Below, piece by piece: positions 52,894 to 61,567 of a stretch of DNA of 64,000 bases; position 1 is the stretch's first letter; every line of letters begins with the position of its first letter. Below the pieces are notes generated by a model. The model was not told the DNA's origin. It saw nothing but the letters and a program-made list of their open reading frames with translations, and ran no database searches. Source of the DNA: a virus. Taxonomy: Duplodnaviria; Caudoviricetes. The stretch is taken from IMG/VR virus record IMGVR_UViG_3300027874_000010, positions 1-64,000 of that record, one strand, 5' to 3'. The position numbers were made by a program, and so were the translations under genes.

Positions 52894-52922
52894 TTGCGAA
52901 CACGTGCGAGATTTTGTACACT
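52894..52922 (+). promoter_or_regulatory. GTGCGA-box promoter
   Basis: TTGCGA-ACAC-GTGCGA-N7-TACACT-N8-AAGGAG. Confidence 0.8.
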
Positions 52923-52941
52923 CTATTCGGAAGGAGAAGTG

Positions 52942-53586
52942 ATGACCACCACCACCGCCCGCGCCTCAGCCCCTCGGCCCGAGGGCGGGATCACGATCCC
53001 TGAGTACGCCCCAGGGATGGAGAAGGACCAGTACGGCAAGCCGCTCGTCGTGGCCTGGAACCAGTCCTACGTCGGGGCCGTGCTCATGACCTACGAACGC
53101 AACGGCTACGACGACTCGGACTTCTTCGCCATCGTTTACGACGAGGCGACCGACTCGCTCAAGCACGTCGAATACGCCAGCACCCGTGGTTACACCTACG
53201 ACTGCGGAGCGCGCGTGGACGCGACCGAGGAAGTCAAGGCCAAGGCCCGCGAAGTCCTGCGGCGCGCGAGCTTCCGGTCGCTGACCGCTGCGGCGGCGAA
53301 CGAGGCCGAAGCGCCCGAGGTCGGCAAGGCCGTCACCGTCGTCAAGGGCCGCAAGGTTCCAGTCGGGACCGCAGGCACCGTCGTCTGGAAGGGCGTGGAT
53401 GCCTACAAGTCGAAGTACGGCTCGACCCACTACCGGGTGGGCGTCAAGGATGCCAGCGGCACCGTCCACTGGACCAGCGCTGACAACGTGAGGGTGGTCG
53501 ATCCCCAGGACTTCATGCCCGCCTGGAGCGACCTCGAACAGCGGGCCGCGCGGTACGCCCGAGGCGACCACTGGCGGCAGTACTGA
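52942..53586 (+). CDS. hypothetical with C-terminal KOW/SH3-like domain
   Basis: GKAVTVVKGRKVPVGTAGTV. Confidence 0.7.
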   Translation: MTTTTARASAPRPEGGITIPEYAPGMEKDQYGKPLVVAWNQSYVGAVLMTYERNGYDDSDFFAIVYDEATDSLKHVEYASTRGYTYDCGARVDATEEVKAKAREVLRRASFRSLTAAAANEAEAPEVGKAVTVVKGRKVPVGTAGTVVWKGVDAYKSKYGSTHYRVGVKDASGTVHWTSADNVRVVDPQDFMPAWSDLEQRAARYARGDHWRQY

Positions 53587-53609
53587 GAGGACCTAGCGCC
53601 CTCTCTTTC

Positions 53610-53639
53610 TTGCGCTTGTGTGCGAATGTCGGCTAAAAT
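53610..53639 (+). promoter_or_regulatory. GTGCGA-box promoter
   Basis: TTGCGC-TTGT-GTGCGA-N8-TAAAAT-N8-AAGGAG. Confidence 0.8.
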
Positions 53640-53661
53640 GCTCTTGGAAGGAGAGAGCAGG

Positions 53662-53892
53662 ATGTTCACCCGGATGCCACCACCATCCAAAGAGGAGCGC
53701 GCGAAGTTGGCGCAGTACGTCTTGGATGAGCGCACGGCGCGCAACAAGAAGCGTGACCCGGACAAAGAGGGGTCGCGCGGCTCGACTTGCGAAGACTCGG
53801 GCATGAGCTACGGCGGGCGACCCCGCCAGCCCAAGAAGCGGCGACGGCCCGCGCAGTCGCGCTACGACAGCTACCACACGTGGAAGGGGTAA
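53662..53892 (+). CDS. basic hypothetical
   Basis: SD; follows promoter. Confidence 0.55.
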   Translation: MFTRMPPPSKEERAKLAQYVLDERTARNKKRDPDKEGSRGSTCEDSGMSYGGRPRQPKKRRRPAQSRYDSYHTWKG

Positions 53893-53894
53893 CG

Positions 53895-54110
53895 ATGTTC
53901 ACCACACAGCAAGCGACCTACGTGCGCGAATTACTCGAAGACGAGGTTGACAAGCACGACCTGAACGTCTTCGGCGCAGAGCAGGACATGCAGCACAAGT
54001 ACGAGCGCATCCGTGAGCGCGGCAAGCGGCGTCTGCCCGAAGCGCAGCGCAAGCTGGCCCTGGCCCAGGAGACGCTCCAGGCATTCGTGAAGGAGTACTT
54101 CCCCAAGTGA
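53895..54110 (+). CDS. hypothetical
   Basis: MFTTQQATY... Confidence 0.55.
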   Translation: MFTTQQATYVRELLEDEVDKHDLNVFGAEQDMQHKYERIRERGKRRLPEAQRKLALAQETLQAFVKEYFPK

Positions 54111-54490
54111 GCCACCCCGTCACCGGCGTCACCACGCCGACCTACGAAAACTTCCGACATCTGCCCACGGTGTTCTCGGTGCGCATGACCAGCGTCTGTC
54201 CGCACGGCAAGCGCTCGAACCAGTGCTGCGGCAACGCGGAGTGGCTCCAAGTAATCCACGCCGTCAACGGTGCGCTTGAAGAAGGCACGCGCCAGGAGCA
54301 CGGTTTCGGCGCTCCGGTCGCGACCTACGCCTGGTGGACGGGCGGCATCTGGACCGAGGAGTACCCCGAGTTTCGGGTGCTGCTGCGGCCGGACTGGACC
54401 ACCAACATCGTCGCCAAGACCGAGGCGGCGGCGGAACGACTGAAGGCGGCGGTGCGCCAGGTCACCGGTCACGAGGCTGTCGGTGCCTGA
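54107..54490 (+). CDS. hypothetical
   Basis: GTGA coupling. Confidence 0.6.
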   Translation: MSHPVTGVTTPTYENFRHLPTVFSVRMTSVCPHGKRSNQCCGNAEWLQVIHAVNGALEEGTRQEHGFGAPVATYAWWTGGIWTEEYPEFRVLLRPDWTTNIVAKTEAAAERLKAAVRQVTGHEAVGA

Positions 54491-54749
54491 TCCATTCGCG
54501 CGCTACGACATGTGGCTGCAGCAGGGCAATCCCTGGGACCAGCCCGAGCGCGAGCCAGATCGCCTGATCTGCTCCGAATGCGGCGACGAGTACTTCGATT
54601 TCAAAAACCACAAGGAGGGCGAGGCCCACTGCGTAGACGAAGACGACGGCACGGTGTACGGGAGCCTGCAGTGGGGCTACGGACCCGACGAAGACGATGG
54701 GCCGGATCCGGATGAAGCCTACGACCGGATGCGAGAAGGAGATTACTGA
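54483..54749 (+). CDS. acidic hypothetical
   Basis: CSEC; DPDEAYDRMRE. Confidence 0.55.
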   Translation: MPDPFARYDMWLQQGNPWDQPEREPDRLICSECGDEYFDFKNHKEGEAHCVDEDDGTVYGSLQWGYGPDEDDGPDPDEAYDRMREGDY

Positions 54750-55021
54750 TGGCGAGTCCACTGGTGTGGAAGGTCTACAGCGCGAGCGGCGAGCACATCG
54801 CCAGCCTGCGCGATGCCGAGGATGCTGCGGCCCTGGTCGGGCTGCACGACGACGGCAAGGTGCTCGTGGACGGGCGAATCGTCTGGCGCGAGGGCAAGGA
54901 AGAAGATCGGGCTGGCAACAGCTACGACTTCGCGGCGGGCGTCATGTACCAGCGGCGCGCCGAGCACCACCGTGCGGCCCAGGCGCGCTGGCTGAACCTG
55001 CAGCGGGCGGGGGTGCGCTGA
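54749..55021 (+). CDS. hypothetical
   Basis: TGATG coupling. Confidence 0.6.
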   Translation: MASPLVWKVYSASGEHIASLRDAEDAAALVGLHDDGKVLVDGRIVWREGKEEDRAGNSYDFAAGVMYQRRAEHHRAAQARWLNLQRAGVR

Positions 55022-55197
55022 TGGCCCAACTCAGCGACAGCGAGCGCGCGGCAGTCCTGCTCGCCCTGGACTCCATCGAGACGCTTGCCAATCTGGTGCG
55101 CGACGTGCCGCCGGAGAACATGCGGCGCGTGCAAGGCGAGCTAACGAGCGCGGCCAGCGAGATCCGTAAGCAACTGGATCTCGACTCCGATGTCTGA
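55021..55197 (+). CDS. hypothetical
   Basis: TGATG coupling. Confidence 0.55.
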   Translation: MAQLSDSERAAVLLALDSIETLANLVRDVPPENMRRVQGELTSAASEIRKQLDLDSDV

Positions 55198-55369
55198 GAG
55201 CAAGCTGCGCGACGTGGTGGAGGGCGCGATGGCGGACCTCGGGCTGGACCCCGAGGACTGCCAGGACTTCATCGAACTGCTCCAGCAGCGCTTGTCCAAA
55301 GCCATGCTAATCGAACTGGACGACGCCACGGTGTTCGTCCGTCGTCCGCCGCTGCGCAAACTGCGGTGA
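55190..55369 (+). CDS. hypothetical
   Basis: Manual translation MSESKLRDVVEG... Confidence 0.5.
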   Translation: MSESKLRDVVEGAMADLGLDPEDCQDFIELLQQRLSKAMLIELDDATVFVRRPPLRKLR

Positions 55370-55614
55370 GCCGCCACACACACGGCGTCCTCTGGACGCT
55401 GTTCGCCGCCGTCCCAGGCGGCTTCTGCGCACTGTTCCTGATCGGCGGGCTGCTGCTCGGCTCCCTGGGCGCGAGCCTGTTCGTCGCCTTCGGCATGGCG
55501 TGCATCGCCGCACCGCTGCTGGCGAAGGCCCACGCCGCGTTCCGGGACGCACGGGAAAGCCGACTACTTGATGAGTCGCGGTCGGCCAGCGCGAGCAACA
55601 CGTTGCCCCGATAA
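55366..55614 (+). CDS. two-TM membrane protein
   Basis: Two hydrophobic segments. Confidence 0.55.
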   Translation: MSRHTHGVLWTLFAAVPGGFCALFLIGGLLLGSLGASLFVAFGMACIAAPLLAKAHAAFRDARESRLLDESRSASASNTLPR

Positions 55615-55941
55615 CGGGGGCATGTGTAGGTCACCAGTATAGGCGTGCCCGAGCGCTTGTGCGTTTCCTCGAACCCACCCCGCGTCCGCTCCCTCAGAGA
55701 GTTCGCGACGGTTCGGGGCGCACCGCGATGTCGCTTCCCGCCTGAAACCCCGGGCGGCTCCAGTTTACACCCTTCCGAAGGTTCGCACACGTCTTAGCAT
55801 TCAGTCGCTTACGAAACAACGTACACGCATGAAATGACTGACGTGTCCGATGCGTCGTGAGCGTCTAGCCCGGGCCGACGTTTCCGACGCCCTGCCGCGA
55901 ATTCTAACACTTCTCTTACACATGCCAGCCTTGGATAATGT

Positions 55942-55971
55942 GTGTGAACCCGTGCGAGTGTGGTATAAATT
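55942..55971 (+). promoter_or_regulatory. GTGCGA-box promoter variant
   Basis: GTGTGA-ACCC-GTGCGA-N8-TAAATT. Confidence 0.5.
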
Positions 55972-56007
55972 AGTGTGGCCTCCGAGGGGGTCACAGAGAG
56001 GAGTCGA

Positions 56008-56421
56008 ATGACCGACAGTCGGTTCAACCCGTACCGCTACGTCTATGACGAAGTGGCGCGGGAAACGCGGGCCATGTACGACGTGTGGTCGGGGACGGAG
56101 ATCCCGCCCGACACGCGCCCCGTGGTCTTCCCTGAGACGTGCCCGGCGTGTGGCGCGGAGGCCGTGGCCCACGGCACGTTCTGGCGCAAGCCAGTCACCT
56201 ACGCCTGTGGCGGCGGGTATGACTCGAAGCCACAGATCCAGAACCACCGCGACGTGTGGTGGGGACACTGCCCCGTGACGAAGGCCCAGGTTGAGGCCGA
56301 GGCCGAGGCAGCAGGCATGGTCAAGACCGAGTTCGGGGGCTACATCCCTCGCGCTCAGGCCGAGGCCGAAGGCTGGACATTGGGTAGATGGGGTTACCAG
56401 CGCCCCACGGGAGTTCGGTGA
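56008..56421 (+). CDS. hypothetical with CxxC
   Basis: SD GAGGAG; CPACG. Confidence 0.6.
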   Translation: MTDSRFNPYRYVYDEVARETRAMYDVWSGTEIPPDTRPVVFPETCPACGAEAVAHGTFWRKPVTYACGGGYDSKPQIQNHRDVWWGHCPVTKAQVEAEAEAAGMVKTEFGGYIPRAQAEAEGWTLGRWGYQRPTGVR

Positions 56422-56864
56422 CCACCATCCCCTTCGTCTTCGATGACGGCGGCCGGGAGGCCGCCGGATTCAGGGGCATCGCAGGCGACTGCGCTGTCCG
56501 AGCTATCGCCATCGCCACGGGCAAGCCGTACCGCGAGGTGTACGACGCGATCAACGCCATCGCCAGGACGACCAGGCGGCGCAAGAGCGGCAAGCGGTCG
56601 AGCGCGCGCGATGGCGTCTTTGTCGAGGACATGCACCGCTACCTGGGCGGCGTGCTCGGCTGGACCTGGCACCCGACAATGCACATCGGCTCGGGCTGCA
56701 CGGTCCACGTGCGGGCTGACGAACTGCCGCCAGGTCGCCTGGTGCTCAACCTCAGTCGCCACTTCGCAGCGGTGATCGACGGCACGCTGTTCGACACCCA
56801 CGACTGCTCGCGCGACGGTACGCGCTGCGTCTATGGCTACTGGCAACCACCTGGGGGCGCGTGA
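56418..56864 (+). CDS. papain-fold-like conserved phage protein
   Basis: GDCAVRAIAIATG..Y...HFAAVIDG.LFDTHDC. Confidence 0.7.
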   Translation: MTTIPFVFDDGGREAAGFRGIAGDCAVRAIAIATGKPYREVYDAINAIARTTRRRKSGKRSSARDGVFVEDMHRYLGGVLGWTWHPTMHIGSGCTVHVRADELPPGRLVLNLSRHFAAVIDGTLFDTHDCSRDGTRCVYGYWQPPGGA

Positions 56865-57532
56865 TGCGCCCCTTCTCTGTGCGTACCACCTCCCAGGAGG
56901 AGCGCCTGGTGCGCGCTCGGGATCTGGTGGACGCCCTGGTCGTGGCCCGCGCCACCTGGCCGGAGGATGCGTTCGTCAGCGTCATCGAGGCTCCCGAGCC
57001 ACCCCGCCGACGCCCTGGTTGGCAGAAGGGCCGACCGCGACCGTTCACCCACTGCGGGTGGTGCGGGCAGCGCGGCCACAACGCCAGGACATGCCCCGAT
57101 TGGGACAAGGCTCACCAGCCGGTCGAGACGCTCGGTGACTGGCTGCTGCGCAACCAGCCGCAGACCCTGGAGCAGGCCATCGCCCTGGACCCGCCCGTCG
57201 AAGCGCCCAGGCCGACCAGGGTGGTCGAGCCAGATCCCGCCGATGTCGAGCGCACCCCCGATGGCGTCCGCCTGTGCGAGTGCGGCGAGCCGTCCATCAG
57301 TCAGAAGAACACCCGTGTGCGCACGTGCCAGCGCTGCCGCGACATCGAGGAGGCATCGACCCACCGAGGCGACCACGTGCGGGGTGCCCACCCGACGCCG
57401 AACACGAGCTACAAGGTCAACTTCAACCCGACCACGAGGCTGCTGCCGCAGCTTGACTCGCGCACGATCCACTCGGGTCTGGCCGAGGTCATCCGCGAGA
57501 TGAACCGCCTCAAGCCGTTCACCACGATGTGA
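56864..57532 (+). CDS. hypothetical with zinc knuckle (CCHC) and CxC motifs
   Basis: HCGWCGQRGHNARTC; CECG; CQRC. Confidence 0.6.
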   Translation: MRPFSVRTTSQEERLVRARDLVDALVVARATWPEDAFVSVIEAPEPPRRRPGWQKGRPRPFTHCGWCGQRGHNARTCPDWDKAHQPVETLGDWLLRNQPQTLEQAIALDPPVEAPRPTRVVEPDPADVERTPDGVRLCECGEPSISQKNTRVRTCQRCRDIEEASTHRGDHVRGAHPTPNTSYKVNFNPTTRLLPQLDSRTIHSGLAEVIREMNRLKPFTTM

Positions 57533-57534
57533 GC

Positions 57535-57550
57535 CGATAACCCGTTATCG
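57535..57550. repeat. 16-bp palindrome copy 8
   Basis: CGATAACCCGTTATCG just after a stop codon. Confidence 0.85.
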
Positions 57551-57585
57551 CTTGCCGGCATGTGTGTGCGTCCGTGCGCTAATTC

Positions 57586-57614
57586 TTGCGCAGATGTGCG
57601 AACGGGTGTATTAT
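57586..57614 (+). promoter_or_regulatory. GTGCGA-box promoter
   Basis: TTGCGC-AGAT-GTGCGA-N7-TATTAT. Confidence 0.8.
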
Positions 57615-57637
57615 CTAGTTGTCAGGAGAACAAGGCA

Positions 57638-57850
57638 GTGACCACCACCACGACGGCCTTCCCCACTTGGAAGCCTTCCCCCCGCCACGCGGCGATGATG
57701 GAAGAACCACCCACGGCCCCCAAAGCTACGGCCGAGGCCGTGACGCACGATTGGGGCTTCGGGGCCAGGGGCGCGGCCAAAGCCTGGTCGCCGCCCGAAA
57801 CGCCCGCTCCACCCAAGGATTGGTGGAAACGGGATCGAGCTTTCGCCTGA
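57638..57850 (+). CDS. hypothetical
   Basis: MTTTTTAFPTW... Confidence 0.5.
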   Translation: MTTTTTAFPTWKPSPRHAAMMEEPPTAPKATAEAVTHDWGFGARGAAKAWSPPETPAPPKDWWKRDRAFA

Positions 57851-57875
57851 CGGTCTTCGGGCCGTCGTTCCCCTC

Positions 57876-57950
57876 GCACGAGGAGCCAGGCCGGTTGCCA
57901 GGCGCACGTCTGCAAAACGTGATTCGCGGGTTCGACTCCCGCCTCGTGCT
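57876..57950 (+). tRNA. tRNA-Cys(GCA)
   Basis: GCACGAG/CTCGTGC acceptor; CACGT-CTGCAAA-ACGTG; GCGGG-TTCGACT-CCCGC; U discriminator. Confidence 0.85.
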
Positions 57951-58038
57951 CCGCGCGTCACCGCCCGTGAATTGTTCGGGCCTGGGCCGGAAGTCTTGCC
58001 GCCGACGCGACCACACTCAGAGAAGGAGAACCCACCAC

Positions 58039-58245
58039 ATGAAGTACCGCACGTACCGCGTCGAGCAGTCGTCACCTGGCTTTTGGGTCGTGACGGACCC
58101 GAACCAGGCCAGCGAGCCTTGCATGGGCGTCTTCGAGACGCGCGCCAAGGCCAAGGAGTTCGTGGACGAGTTGATGGCCGCTGCCGGGCGCGGCATGGCC
58201 CAGGCGATGCGCGCGATGCGCGAGCGCCGACAGGCGGGCCAGTGA
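58039..58245 (+). CDS. hypothetical
   Basis: SD AAGGAG. Confidence 0.6.
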   Translation: MKYRTYRVEQSSPGFWVVTDPNQASEPCMGVFETRAKAKEFVDELMAAAGRGMAQAMRAMRERRQAGQ

Positions 58246-58469
58246 TGGCCTGGTACGACGTTGATCTGGTCGTGCCGCCCGAGCACAAGTTGTCCTGCAC
58301 CTCCCAGGACTACACCCGCTGGTCGGCCCACTGTAGCTGCGGCTGGCGCTCCCCCTGGGTCGAGCGCGAGTCGTGGTCGCTGCTGGACTGGCGGCTGCAC
58401 GTCGAGGCGCTGCTGACCAGCGCCCTGGACCAGCCCTGGAACTGGTCAGCTACCTCACCGCCCGCGTGA
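58245..58469 (+). CDS. CxCGW..H hypothetical
   Basis: HCSCGWRS...WRLH. Confidence 0.55.
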   Translation: MAWYDVDLVVPPEHKLSCTSQDYTRWSAHCSCGWRSPWVERESWSLLDWRLHVEALLTSALDQPWNWSATSPPA

Positions 58470-58473
58470 ATTC

Positions 58474-58502
58474 TTGCGATCTCGTGCGTTATCCCGTACA
58501 CT
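58474..58502 (+). promoter_or_regulatory. GTGCG(T)-box promoter
   Basis: TTGCGA-TCTC-GTGCGT-N7-TACACT-N8-AAGGAG. Confidence 0.75.
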
Positions 58503-58521
58503 CTACTCGGAAGGAGATGAA

Positions 58522-59469
58522 GTGACCACCACCAGCAAGCGACGGACCGATGCCCACGCTCCGTCGAACTTCGTGCCCGAGAACTACACGTTTGTGGGCA
58601 GCTACGACGCCTCCCCTTCGGCCTACATGGTCGTTGAGGTTGGGCAGTTCGGCCAGAAGTACGTCAGCTACCTGCCCGGATACGAACGGGCCAAGCAATT
58701 GGAGGCGATGGTCGCGGCCTCGTCTGAGAGCCGCAGCGACGGTCGCTGTGACCACTGTGGCGCGACGATCCGCTACCGGGCAGTGATGCGGCACACGCCG
58801 ACCGGCCAGGTCATACAGGTCGGTGAGACGTGCTTGGACAACCGCTTCTCGCTGGCGACCGCCGAGTTCAAGGCGATGAAAAAGGCGGCTGAGGAGGCCC
58901 GCAAAGACCAGCGCGTCAAGAAGGCCGTGGCCCTGTGGGTCGCGGAGAACCCCGAGATGGGCTGGATGGCTTCCCAGGTCGAGACTGAGGCGAAGGCCCC
59001 AGGAAACAACTTCGTCGCGGACGTGGCGCGCAAGCTGCGGGCCTACGGCTCGATCTCTGAGCGCCAGGTCGAGGCCGTCAAGCACTCGCTGGTCAAGGAC
59101 GCGGAGATGGCCGCGAAGCGAGCGCGATGGGCTGCTGAGCGCGAGGCCGAGGAGTCCGCGCGAGCCGCCGAGCACGGCACGGCTCCGGTCCCACGCGGGC
59201 GGGTGACGGTCGAGGGCAAAGTCCTGACGGTCCGCGAGCCAGACCCGAACGCGCAGTTCCCCGCCTGGAAGATGCTGGTCCAAACCGACCAGGGTTGGAA
59301 GGTGTGGGGCACCGTCCCCCGCGCGCTGGACACCGTGGATCGCGGCGACCGGGTGAGCTTCGTAGCTGAGGTCCAGCCATCCGACAAAGATCCGATGTTC
59401 GGCTTCTACAGTCGGCCAATGCAGGCGCGCTTCGTGGAGCGCGCCCCGCGCGAGGGGAGCGGCAAGTAA
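58522..59469 (+). CDS. Zn-finger plus C-terminal OB-fold protein
   Basis: CDHCG...VGETC; GRVTVEGKV...WKVWGTVP...GDRVSFVAEV. Confidence 0.65.
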   Translation: MTTTSKRRTDAHAPSNFVPENYTFVGSYDASPSAYMVVEVGQFGQKYVSYLPGYERAKQLEAMVAASSESRSDGRCDHCGATIRYRAVMRHTPTGQVIQVGETCLDNRFSLATAEFKAMKKAAEEARKDQRVKKAVALWVAENPEMGWMASQVETEAKAPGNNFVADVARKLRAYGSISERQVEAVKHSLVKDAEMAAKRARWAAEREAEESARAAEHGTAPVPRGRVTVEGKVLTVREPDPNAQFPAWKMLVQTDQGWKVWGTVPRALDTVDRGDRVSFVAEVQPSDKDPMFGFYSRPMQARFVERAPREGSGK

Positions 59470-59483
59470 CTGGAGTTACGCTC

Positions 59484-59664
59484 CAGACCGTGCGATGACA
59501 CGTGAGATCATTCGAGCATGAGCGCGAGCAATTGGGGATTGCGAATCCCTGGAGGAGGGTGCCTCAGACTGGCGGCGGCGAAACACGCCAAACCGCCCGC
59601 CAGTCGCCTATGGAACTGAGCTACACGGATGCGGGTCTGCGGCCTCCCCGCCCATCGAGGCCGC
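59484..59664 (+). ncRNA. candidate structured RNA
   Basis: Several nested stems (GACTGGCGG/CCGCCAGTC, GGGAT/ATCCC, CAGACC/GGTCTG) then an 8-bp hairpin. Confidence 0.45.
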
Positions 59665-59675
59665 TCGTTGAATTC

Positions 59676-59705
59676 CTGTGAACGTGTGCGAGCATCGGCT
59701 ATACT
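59676..59705 (+). promoter_or_regulatory. GTGCGA-box promoter
   Basis: CTGTGA-ACGT-GTGCGA-N8-TATACT-N8-AAGGAG. Confidence 0.7.
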
Positions 59706-59725
59706 GTGTGTGCAAGGAGATAACA

Positions 59726-59893
59726 GTGACCACCACCAAGGCGTATCGACCACAGTGCAAGCAGCAGGTTCCGACCCGCCCAGGGCGGACCTACTTCCCG
59801 GTCCCGCTGTTCGCGCGCTGTTCGCGCCGAGCCGTCGCAGGCTCGCGCTACTGCAAGCAGCACCAGCCAGCATCTGAGAGGAGCCAGGCATGA
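59726..59893 (+). CDS. small Cys/His hypothetical
   Basis: QC...RCS...YCKQH. Confidence 0.55.
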   Translation: MTTTKAYRPQCKQQVPTRPGRTYFPVPLFARCSRRAVAGSRYCKQHQPASERSQA

Positions 59894-60024
59894 GCAAGCC
59901 GCGCATCATCTACAGCCGCGTTCTCGGCGGCTGGTTCATCGTCGTCGGTCCGCACATGACGCCCATCGGCGGGCGCTACGAAACCAGGGAAGCTGCGGAG
60001 GCTGCGCTCCATGCCAAAAAGTGA
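59890..60024 (+). CDS. hypothetical
   Basis: MSKPRIIYSRVLGGWFIV... Confidence 0.5.
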   Translation: MSKPRIIYSRVLGGWFIVVGPHMTPIGGRYETREAAEAALHAKK

Positions 60025-60229
60025 TCGACGCGACCGGCAGCGCGTCAAGGCTCGCTACAACCTGCCGACCAGCCGCACGTTCCTGCACACGCTCGACCGC
60101 CTCGCGGCCGAACGGGATCGGGCCAAGCGCGCCGAGGTTGCGGACCACGCCTTCGAGGGCGACGGGATGCCTGGTGCCAGCATCTGCTCGTGCGGGCGCT
60201 ACCGCGAGGAGCACCTCCGATTCCGATGA
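60011..60229 (+). CDS. hypothetical
   Basis: DHAF...CSCG...EEH. Confidence 0.5.
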   Translation: MPKSDRRDRQRVKARYNLPTSRTFLHTLDRLAAERDRAKRAEVADHAFEGDGMPGASICSCGRYREEHLRFR

Positions 60230-60516
60230 CCACCAGCAAGTACCGACCCACCCACTACAAGCCGGTGGCCTTCACCAACGGCACCTCGTGCGGCGTGCAG
60301 ACGCGGCACGGCGTCAACTACTCGCTGCGCATGGAGAGCGTGACGTGCCCGCGCTGCATCAAGGAGATGCTCAAGCCGGCCACCACCGTCGAGGAGGCGC
60401 TCAAGCGCGTCAGCCACTACGCCCACCACACGCTCGGCAACGACCCCGAGGCGACCCATCGACTACTCGACACGCTGAATGCCCTGGTCCCAACACCCAC
60501 AAAGGAGAACTCGTGA
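60226..60516 (+). CDS. hypothetical
   Basis: THY...TSCG...VTCPRC. Confidence 0.55.
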   Translation: MTTSKYRPTHYKPVAFTNGTSCGVQTRHGVNYSLRMESVTCPRCIKEMLKPATTVEEALKRVSHYAHHTLGNDPEATHRLLDTLNALVPTPTKENS

Positions 60517-60905
60517 CCACCAACGCCTTCGATACCCCGCTCTACGCTGGCCCACCGACCGAGGCCACGCTCGACCAACTCACGCGGGATCTGACCGCCT
60601 TCGAGAGCTTCCGTGCGATGCTCGACGCCGAGGGCAACTACCGCCCGACGATCATGATGCGCGATCTGCGCCACGTCCAGTTGGCCGACGCCTACGACCT
60701 GGCGATGATCGGTCGCGGCGATCCACGGCGCGCCTACCGAGGATCGCTGGACAACCGCCCGCTGCCGATCACGCTGACGGTCACCGAGGGTCGCCAGCTT
60801 ATGGACTTCCTGGGCACCAAAGACGACGAGATCGTGGACGGCGGGTGGGAGCACGTCGAGAGCGTGCTCGGCAAGGTCGTCGCGGCGCTCCAGGCGGCAG
60901 GCTGA
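60513..60905 (+). CDS. hypothetical
   Basis: SD AAAGGAG. Confidence 0.6.
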   Translation: MTTNAFDTPLYAGPPTEATLDQLTRDLTAFESFRAMLDAEGNYRPTIMMRDLRHVQLADAYDLAMIGRGDPRRAYRGSLDNRPLPITLTVTEGRQLMDFLGTKDDEIVDGGWEHVESVLGKVVAALQAAG

Positions 60906-61228
60906 TGACAAGCAGTGTGACGGCGGGACCGACCCGCCTGCAGGACTACCTGTACATGCGCGCGTTCATGGACGGCCCTCTGGATGCCGAGCAGCGGCGT
61001 GAGGCACGTGCCGCAGCGGGTGTGAACCCCACCGGCGGCTGGATGGACGGTTGTCTTGAGTGGTGCGCCGACCACGTGCGCATGCAACTGACAATCGGAG
61101 GCCGCGCCTACGTCGCCTGGTGCGAGTGGCAGGGCTACCCCGATGGCCCGATTCACGACGACGACACGCACGGGTGGGAAACCTGGCTGGCTGGCTTCAT
61201 CCAGGGCTACACGTTGGGCGTAGGCTGA
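60905..61228 (+). CDS. hypothetical
   Basis: TGATG coupling. Confidence 0.55.
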   Translation: MTSSVTAGPTRLQDYLYMRAFMDGPLDAEQRREARAAAGVNPTGGWMDGCLEWCADHVRMQLTIGGRAYVAWCEWQGYPDGPIHDDDTHGWETWLAGFIQGYTLGVG

Positions 61229-61232
61229 GGGC

Positions 61233-61514
61233 ATGGCTGAGGAGCAGATGGTCCGCGACATGCTCGACCTGGCAACCGTCAAGGCCCCCGAGGTCGCGGA
61301 GTGGGCGCAGGACAAACGCCGCGCCGCGTTCGTCGCGTTTGCGATGGGCGCGCAGTGGGCGCTCGAACTCGCTGCCCTGGACCCCGAGGTCGCCCGCAAG
61401 CTGATCGAGCAGATCCACGCCTCGCAGACCAGCGACACCGCGCCCGAGTGGAACACCAACGCGCTGGCGTTCATCGCTCGCTGCCACGGCCACCGCCCAC
61501 CCGGATCCAACTAG
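61233..61514 (+). CDS. hypothetical
   Basis: SD GAGG. Confidence 0.55.
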   Translation: MAEEQMVRDMLDLATVKAPEVAEWAQDKRRAAFVAFAMGAQWALELAALDPEVARKLIEQIHASQTSDTAPEWNTNALAFIARCHGHRPPGSN

Positions 61515-61519
61515 CCCAC

Positions 61520-61561
61520 TGGCCTGTAGCTCAACGGTAGAGCACGCGACTGTGTACCGTG
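61520..61561 (+). pseudogene. 5' half of tRNA-His(GTG)
   Basis: TGGCCTG-TA-GCTC-AACGGTA-GAGC-A-CGCGA-CTGTGTA-CCGTG; no T arm or 3' acceptor strand found. Confidence 0.6.
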
Positions 61562-61567
61562 TGCTCT

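Noticed and set aside
59585-59635. Minus-strand GTAGCTCAGTT resembling a tRNA 5' end
   Set aside because: No D-stem partner, anticodon arm or T arm; better explained as part of the plus-strand structured RNA
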